From: Octopus vulgaris
Taxonomy: Eukaryota
Assembly: GCA_951406725.2 (NCBI GenBank)
Contig: OX597815.1
Coordinates: 209,498,001 to 209,562,000, forward strand
Length of the DNA stretch: 64,000 nt
Direction of reading: 5' to 3'
The position numbers were made by a program, and so were the translations under genes. The notes under the pieces were generated by a model. That model did no database searches, had not been told where the DNA came from, and saw only the letters and a program-made list of their open reading frames with translations. Of the stretch, positions 55,120 through 64,000 are shown one piece after another (the stretch's first letter is position 1; each line of letters starts with the position of its first letter).

Positions 55120-55797
55120 TATATGTATAAAATAGAAAATGGGACAAGAACGCAAAACATCCGGACAGCTAGGTGATACAAAAATGGGACATCAAAACAT
55201 CCAGATAGACGATACAAAGAAAACAAGGACAAGTTAATCGAAGTTTTCTTTCCTCAGTCAAGCCCCAGATAATCCTCGCAATTTCAGCTGATTATACTTG
55301 AGATTTCTCCAATCTAGCCAACCCCAAGAAAAAACTAAGCTAAGAGCATTAGATTCCTTGTATTGTATATATATATATATGTGTGTGTGTCTGTCTAACT
55401 ATATATATAAGAGCATTTCATGGTTTTGGCAAATTTCTGGTCTACCAGCTAGCACTTCGTCGATTACGACGAGAAGGGCTCCAGGTGATCCGATCAACAG
55501 AACAGTCTGCTTGTGAAATTACCGTTCAAGTGGCTGGACACTACATAGAAATGCGTAATCTTAACGTAGTTATCAGAAAGATACAGTATGACACAGAAAG
55601 TAAGAAGGATGGCCCTTTGAAATATAGGTGTTACTATTTTAACCACCTGCGTGGATTGGAACAATGCCGAGTAAAATATCTTGCTGAAGGACGCAACGCA
55701 CCGCTGGAAATCGAACTCAGGACCTTATGATCGTGAGCCCAATCCTCTATCCAGTAAACCACGCGACTTCACTCTGGCTTATAACAAGAAAATATAA

Positions 55798-55950
55798 CAT
55801 TATTTACATTTCACGGATATTTATCCTCATCTTGTTTGTTGTTAACACAACGTTTCGGCTGATATACCCTCCAGCCGTCTTCAGGAGTCTTGGGGAAATT
55901 TCGAACCTGGGTTCTCATTCCTAAGGTATTTTTCGGTGTTGTTGCTATTA

Positions 55951-56034
<84 letters not shown>

Positions 56035-56380
56035 TAACTACTTGGAATCGAACTCGGAATCTTGGGGTTATATGCCCGCGCTCTTAACCACTTCGTCATA
56101 TATCCACGAATTCGACTCCAAGCAGTGACCTGAACAACAACACCAACAACAATAATAATACAAACAACAACATCGAAAAATACCTTAGGAATGAGAATCC
56201 AGGTTCAAAATTTCCCCAAAACACCTGAAGAAGGCTGGAAGGTATATCAGCCGAAACGTTGTGTTAACAACAAACAAGATGAGAACAAATATCCGTCAAA
56301 TGTAAATAATGTAAATAATGTAAATAATGTGAATAATGTAAATAATGTACATAATTCCTCACCTCCTAAATATAGAACTG
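55798..56380. mobile_element. Inverted pair of tRNA-headed hammerhead-containing elements with 12-bp TSD
   Basis: AAGAAAATATAA at 55786-55797 and 56381-56392; HHRs at 55844-55889 (minus) and 56220-56265 (plus). Confidence 0.82.
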
Positions 56381-56539
56381 AAGAAAATATAAGTTGTATG
56401 TGAACATTAGTAAGGATGTAAAGTGTTCGGTGAGTTAATTTTAATTTTTAGTTTAGAACAAATTTTATGATTCCATCATGCAAATACCCTTTCTAAATAA
56501 AGACACAGACGGTCACAAACATATCTATATCTGAATGCT

Positions 56540-56607
<68 letters not shown>

Positions 56608-56639
56608 TATATACATACATATATGTACAGACTTACATA

Positions 56640-57015
56640 TATATATGTATATACATATGCACATGCGGGCACAGGACGTCACAGAATGTAAACAACATGA
56701 AATACGAAATACGAATACATGGAATATGAACTTTTCTTTCGAACTACGAAAGAAGCAAAAGGAAAACAAGACAGGCAACATAAAAAACGACACTTCATCA
56801 ATTGTCGGCAGCTTTTCTATTCCGTATTTCGAGCAAGACCACTGATGAAGGGTCGTTCTTTTTGTTGCTTGGCTTGTTTTCCACTTGTTTCTTTCGTTGT
56901 TCGAAAAGAAAAAATTCATATTCCAGGTATTCGTATTTCGTATTGTTTTCGTATTTCATGTTCTTTACGTTCTGTGACGTTCTGTGCCCACATATGCATA
57001 TGTATATACATTTAT
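56640..57015. repeat. Diverged inverted repeat pair (PLE-type termini)
   Basis: ~56640-56805 is the reverse complement of ~56840-57015. Confidence 0.7.
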
Positions 57016-57022
57016 ATGTAAA

Positions 57023-57528
57023 CTAGCAGTATCGCCCGGCGTTGCTCGGGTTTGTAAGGGAAATAACTATATAAGCATTTTTAGAGAGTTACTTCCCTTA
57101 TAAATTCGGGCTTTCTTAGCCATTTTTGTTTTGGTGTCTTCAAGCCATGAAGTCGTTGTTCTAAAAGAACGCTGGTTTCCTTCACAACGCATTACGACGT
57201 TGATTTCTTTACACTCCCTTCCCCACAGCTTCACGAGGGAGGGGAAGGGGAGAAGCAAACAGGTGCAGCTGTGAGCATGGACGCCAACTCCACCGCCATC
57301 GACACACGATGCATTTTATGCATTAAAATGGAATAAAAAATGATGTTAAATTATTTTTAAAATCGTAGACTCATCGTAGACGCGCGCTAATAGTCAGACG
57401 GGCTCGATATGAATCACGACTATAAGATACCCGAATTTGGTTAAACTGCGCCGCAAAATGTGGGAGGAGTTAGGAATCTAAATCGAAGGGGACAGACACT
57501 CACACAACTAGAGTTTTATATATATAGA
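57023..57528 (-). mobile_element. Non-autonomous Helitron (longer variant)
   Basis: Minus strand A|TC...CTAG|T, hairpin. Confidence 0.87.
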
Positions 57529-57615
57529 TATTACATTTATGTATGTATATATACATATATATATTATTTATATCATTATTTGATTGAACGCCACGCATCC
57601 ATTTCCAAGTAAGTT

Positions 57616-57709
<94 letters not shown>

Positions 57710-57728
57710 GTCTGTCTGCCTATCAGTT

Positions 57729-57821
<93 letters not shown>

Positions 57822-58541
57822 ATATATATATATTTCTACACATACACACACACATATAAATATATAATGCGCATGTTTATGTATGCTCGCACTTTTATCT
57901 ACACATATATACATACATATATGCATGTATATATATATATATATATATATGCGTGTTTCTGCGCGTGTGTGTGTATTTATGTATGTATATATGTACATAC
58001 ATTGTTGTCGTGTGTGAATTATTACATATCTATATTTGCGCATGTGTAAGTCATTAATGCTTGCACGTAGTCTGGATTTGTTTGAGAGAAAATCTATTGA
58101 GGGGGATCTAAATATTGAAAGAGATGCAAGAAATAGAGAGCGAAATGCAACCAAAAGCAGAGAGAAAGTATGAGGTAGCGTGAGGGGCGGAGGAATACAG
58201 GTTTCACCTAAGAAGATTATCCTAAAAGAAGCTTGGTTTAAGGTCACTACATGATTACTTTGTCTGTATAAATACGCCGTGCAACATGATGGGCTAACTA
58301 TAGTCAGGCTTTGAACCTAAAGTCAACACTATTATAATACATACTTACAAACACAGGCACACGAAGAGACGCATGCATACGCACACATGCGTATATACGT
58401 CTATAAACGTGCATTAATACCTTATCTATACACACGCACATATATATATACATATATACACAAATCTACTTAGGTATATATATATATATATATTCATATA
58501 CACACACACATATATATACACTTCTGTATATATTTGTTAAG

Positions 58542-58596
<55 letters not shown>

Positions 58597-58625
58597 CATA
58601 TATGCATATATGTATATATACACAC

Positions 58626-58661
<36 letters not shown>

Positions 58662-59366
58662 CATATATACATCTGTATGTGAGTATATGTCTATATATAT
58701 ATATATATAGACACACATACATACATATATACACACATATATATATACAAATACACACATTTGCATGCGCACACATATTAAGCACATAACTACATCCATA
58801 TAGATATTATGCACATATGGACATAATATATACACATATGTATAAATACGTGCCCGTACGGATGTAAGTATATGCATACCAGGTTTATGAAGAGTCACCG
58901 AAGAGCTTAAAGGCCAGTTAAGTTTACACATCATTAGAACTATTAATACTTTGAGTATAAAGATGAAAAGTCAGGGTGTTTTGACCTTTAAAACTCTCAT
59001 CACCTGAAAGCATAGATTACATTATATATTGGTAAATATGAAACCATTTCTGTAAACTTTGTTAATGCCTACACATCAATACTGGACAAACCTATATTCT
59101 GAACAGATCTAATGCAAAAAGCAAAAACGAACAGACACTCATTATATCGGCATTAAATTTTAAATAATTGAAACAGTAGAACAGTAGAAAACCCAAAACC
59201 GAAATGCTCTTTGTTGGCTGTGTGCACTGACATTCTCTTTCTTGAGACGAAACGAGTGAACAAATAGAGTATTGGGTGGCAAATTCTAAGGTCTTTGTTT
59301 CAAATCTGCTACCGGCGTGTTTTGATGTATATAAACCTCTTCACTCCTGTTCATCTCATTATTTTG

Positions 59367-59397
<31 letters not shown>

Positions 59398-59761
59398 GCG
59401 CACACACAGAGAGCAATGAGGTCAGTCGCTGTAATCATTCGACACAATGCAGCTAACCGATATCTTAGAACCGAATAAATCTTATTTAATGCTAGCCCTA
59501 CAGTCTCCATACAAGGAATGACGTCGAATAAAGTCCAGAGATAACATGGAGGGCGATTTACAGCTCTATAATGTACTCCATATTATCTCCAATTGAGGAA
59601 CGCTAAGAAGTTAGAAACACGTCAAAGGAGTACACTAGGAGGATACACTGAACAGAGTGGGTTTTAAAACCCTTTTACCATAAGCAAGAATTTCTTCTTC
59701 ACGGTAATTGCAGCGAATTTGCCTTTAGAAGTTAAAATATTCCATAAACATTTTAACTAAT

Positions 59762-59837
<76 letters not shown>

Positions 59838-59842
<5 letters not shown>

Positions 59843-60816
59843 TTATATATGAGGATAATATCGATATTTAAGTATCAATATTATCAAGTGGCCAGCATGG
59901 AAAAAATACCGTACAAAGGTAATAATTTTTAACAATTAAAAATGAGGGTGTCTAAGAGACACCAACATGCCGAAATAGCAGTCGAAATTCTGACTATAAA
60001 AACCACGTTAAGTGTTCATATCGTACCATGAGATAAGACAGAGGGACAAAATATTCATGCAAAAGTTATTGAATAATTCAAGATCCAGGATTTCTGGTTT
60101 TGCTTTAAATAAGCTTTACCGTCATCAATTGAATATATCAAGGGTACATAAATACAGATATATATATGCAGAACAAACGATATACTTACATATACGAACG
60201 TCCATACATACATACATATGTACGTATGCACACGGCCAGTTAAATTGCCCGCCAAAACACCCCATAAGCACGATATGGTTAAAATAAACACCGCAGTAAA
60301 TATAATAACGAATTATATAAATTTATATATGAGGATAACATTTTTGTTAAAAATTATTACCTTTGTACGGTATTTTTTCCATGCTGGCCACTTGATAATA
60401 TTGATACTTAAATATCGATATTATCCTCATATATAAATTTATATAATTCGTTATTATATTCACTGCGGTGTTTATTTTAACCATATCGTGCTTATGGGGT
60501 GTTTTGGCGGGCAATTTAACTGGCCGTGTGCATACGTACATATGTATGTATGTATGGACGTTCGTATATGTAAGTATATCGTTTGTTCTGCATATATATA
60601 TCTGTATTTATGTACCCTTGATATATTCAATTGATGACGGTAAAGCTTATTTAAAGCAAAACCAGAAATCCTGGATCTTGAATTATTCAATAACTTTTGC
60701 TTGAATATTTTGTCCCTCTGTCTTATCTCATGGTACGATGTGAACACTTAACGTGGTTTCATAGTCAGAATTTCGACTGCTATTTCGGCATGTTGGTGTC
60801 TCTTAGACACCCTCAT

Positions 60817-60824
<8 letters not shown>
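59838..60824. mobile_element. Inverted pair of a 480-bp hammerhead-containing monomer in (TA)n
   Basis: Near-identical arms in different circular permutations; HHR at 60076-60134 (minus) and 60625-60683 (plus). Confidence 0.85.
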
Positions 60825-60877
<53 letters not shown>

Positions 60878-61276
60878 TAAGTTAACAAGCAATTATATAA
60901 AAAAGATAATGCAAATGAAGCTAAAGTGATAGTTTTATAATTTGGGTTTTATTGAAGAACTCAAAAGAGTTGTCTCCCTTACTCACAACACAGGAACTGA
61001 AGAACCAGGACCACAATTACTACTACTTCCTGTCCTGCAACATGCTGAATTTAACAACACAACACATCACATGCTCTTAATCCCTTTGGATCTTAACACC
61101 TCAAGGTAATTTTTTAGTAAACAACCATAAAACTCAAGATACACAACGAACTCACAATGTATCGGAGAACTTATTTTTTAATTTTTGTACATTTTTATCA
61201 TTATTCTTTTACAAAAAACAATGCAATTTTCTTTTTTTCCCTTTCTAACTTTTAAAAAAACTTCTTAAAACATAAA

Positions 61277-61317
61277 TATTCTTGACAAGTCATACAATGA
61301 CGAAAACCGGTTGAATA
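61277..61317 (+). ncRNA. Hammerhead-like motif with U3-A8 core
   Basis: tattc-TTGACAA-gtcat-aca-atgac-GAAAAC-cg-GTT-gaata; one extra A in the GAAA box. Confidence 0.55.
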
Positions 61318-61504
61318 AATATATATTTATATATTTTATCATTTTCTCATTTTATTAAAATTTTCTTTCATTTGAGCATTCTGCATTTTTAAAAACATTT
61401 TCCTTACTTATCATTTCTCCACGTGCGGTCAACACAACCCCACCATTTATTGATCTATACATACATATATACATATATTTATGTATGTATGTATGTATGT
61501 GTGT

Positions 61505-61696
61505 ATGTTTGTGTGTCAGTGTTTGTCACCCGGATGCTGGTTTGTTTGCGTCCTCGTAACATAGCGGTTCGCCAAAACGAGATCGATAGAATGAGTACTA
61601 GGCTTACAAGGAATAAGTCCTGGGGTTGATTTTTCTCGACTAAAGGTGGTGCTCGAGCATGGCCACACTCAAAATGACTGAAAGAAATAAAAGAAT

Positions 61697-61700
<4 letters not shown>
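61505..61700 (+). mobile_element. SINE family A 3' half
   Basis: Matches family body and tail. Confidence 0.75.
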
Positions 61701-61747
<47 letters not shown>

Positions 61748-61984
61748 CAAACACACACATATACACATACATAATACACACACAGACATTCACACATACA
61801 TATTGTTCAGATATAGTGATGTTTATGATTAATGTCTTACGTCTAGGACGTTTTTTCTTCCGTTTCGTACTTTACATACGATGATAATTGCCCGTATATT
61901 TCCGGTAATTTTGTATTGTTTGGTAAATAATTGCTGTGATATATAATTGAGATTTGACTAATGAAATTTTACTTTACCATATAA

Positions 61985-62292
61985 GCGCATGTGAATGGAA
62001 CATGGCCTCGTGGTTAGAGCAGCGGACTTGCAGTCGAAGGATTGCGGGTTCGAATCTCAGACCGGGTGATGTGTCTGTTTATGAGCGAAACACCGAGGCT
62101 CCGCGCGGCTTCGGCAGATGGTACTGGTGAACTTCTGCGGACTCTTTCGCCACTACTTTCTCTCACTCTTTCCTCTTGCATCTTGCAGCTCACCTGCGAC
62201 GGACCGGCGTCCCGTCCAGGTGGGGAACCTATTCGTCAAGGAAACCGGGAAACCGGCCCTTATGAGCCAGGGATGGCTCAGGAAGGAACAAT
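61985..62292 (+). mobile_element. SINE family C-related copy
   Basis: TGGCCTCGTGGTTAG A box, GGTTCGAATCTC B box, GAAACCGGGAAACCGG tail. Confidence 0.78.
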
Positions 62293-62746
62293 ATAAGCGC
62301 ACAGAATATGTTATAACGTCGCTATTTTTTGTTTAATGTATATTTTCTGCACACACGCTAAAAGTACCAGTCTTCCAGGAACGTTTGGGATAACCAAACA
62401 GTTCACAGACTACACTGAAAGCAAAACCCTGTGAATTATCTGCTTTGTTAATTATGCAAGTAATTGTAACTCTTACGCTAGAAAACCTTGTAGGGCGTTA
62501 AGACACTTGACATACTTTCAGATCACAAATTTTGTCTGTAGGTTAGTTTGCTTATGTCTGGAGATTAAGCATTTGGTTATAGCACCATTTTAAAATGCTT
62601 TACACACTCTCTATTATTTGATATATTGTTTTGAATATTATATTTTGAAAACAACCCGCTATTTGAGGGTTTGTATGTATATATGAACGGCAACGGGAAA
62701 CTCAGAGTAACAGGTTTTGTTGAATTTTCTGCTGCTTTAAATAAAG

Positions 62747-62849
<103 letters not shown>

Positions 62850-62920
62850 ATGTATACATATATGTATATATGCATATCTATATGTATGTATGTATATATG
62901 TATATATACATATGTATGTA

Positions 62921-62975
<55 letters not shown>

Positions 62976-63041
62976 GAGTGTTTGTGGGTACACACACATT
63001 ATTATACACATACATACACGTGTGTAAATAAATATGTGCAC

Positions 63042-63072
<31 letters not shown>

Positions 63073-64000
63073 GCGTGTGATCATTAATGGCTAATGATGT
63101 TTGCCAGCAGATAACTAATCAGTTGTTGAAACAGCTCGACTGTGTCACATGTTAATGAGATCAGGTGAAATGAAGTGTCTTATTTAATGAGTTAATCCTT
63201 TCAGAGAAAACAATATCAGGACCATAAATCATTGTTTTCATTGCACAGTTATATGCATAGTCAGTTCTCTGTCTGTTGGGGAGACAGTGTGTGTGTGTGT
63301 GTGAGAGAGCATGAGAGAGCGTGTGTAAATGTATGTGTGTATGCATGTTACTGAGATGGTATCTGTATATGTATATGTGCGTGAAAGCGTTTGTAACTAT
63401 ATGTATGTGTAATTAACCTCATATATTTGTTAATAAAGTATTTATTGATGACCAAGGAGGTGAATCGGTAGAATCGTTAATGTATCGAACATAATTTACT
63501 CCAAGCTGAGATCTGTCGAGGTGTTTAATCCAGATCTATACGTTCTAAATTCAAATACTTTTCTTGGTCCAGCTTTGTTCTTCATATTTCCTGTATCGTT
63601 CAAATAAATTACCAGCGAAACTGCAGAAGGACAAAATCCTTCTGAATCATTAGTTATTTCTTTTTTTTTGAAATTACTATTGGCCAAAAGATGAAAGGTC
63701 ATGTGTGCAGTAATGATGTTTGTACTATTCGTAAGTACATTGCTATGTATAACAGAACGAAGCCATAGTCTATGCTACTACTGGATCGCGTGGAACGGCT
63801 GAATTGATATTTGAATGTGTGTGTTAGTGTCCCTGCGTATATGCATGTGTATAATACAATGTTTATTGGGGGACGTTGTATATCTTGCGAGTATATTTGT
63901 TTGTGTGTGTGTGTTTGTGTATGTATGTGTGATGTGTATGTGCGTGTGTGTATGTATGCACGTCTATATGTGTTTTTCTAGTTTTTTATTTGTGACTGTC

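Noticed and set aside
55245-55360. GAAA...CTGAGGA on the minus strand as a type II hammerhead
   Set aside because: Could not draw consistent stems
59943-59996. Second hammerhead on the opposite strand of the 480-bp monomer (ATGAG-GGTGTC/GACACC..GAAATAGCAGTC)
   Set aside because: No CUGA box or stem I partner; hairpin only
63161-63272. MIYGP..ERINSL..HFT as a SMYD post-SET exon
   Set aside because: A stop replaces the required CxC and no other SET motifs are present

Overview
This is AT-rich, microsatellite-saturated eukaryotic DNA. The repeat landscape is most consistent with an octopus or other coleoid cephalopod genome; that is an inference from the SINE families and the (TA)n/(AAT)n density, not a database result. 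Almost all ORFs in the track are artefacts of simple repeats or SINEs. Recognisable content: two full-length but dead mariner elements plus other Tc1/mariner remnants, Merlin-, pogo- and mariner-type MITEs, non-autonomous Helitrons, RTE, CR1 and R4/Dong LINE fragments, three tRNA-derived SINE families, and Penelope-like (PLE) remnants. A few candidate host exons are missing from the ORF track: a plus-strand 3' end at 11862-14279 with an apparent GA donor, a minus-strand SMYD4-like terminal exon at 18839-19147, and a minus-strand exon chain at 29-39.6 kb. The most interesting signal is about a dozen minimal type I hammerhead ribozyme (HHR) motifs from several unrelated short elements. Several sit as divergent inverted pairs. 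One pair has a tRNA-type Pol III head and a 12-bp TSD around both arms. Another consists of two circularly permuted copies of a 480-bp monomer. Several have unusual cores (A6U, U3-A8, U3-G8). HHR folds were read by eye and need folding and cleavage tests. Coordinates of degenerate repeats are approximate.
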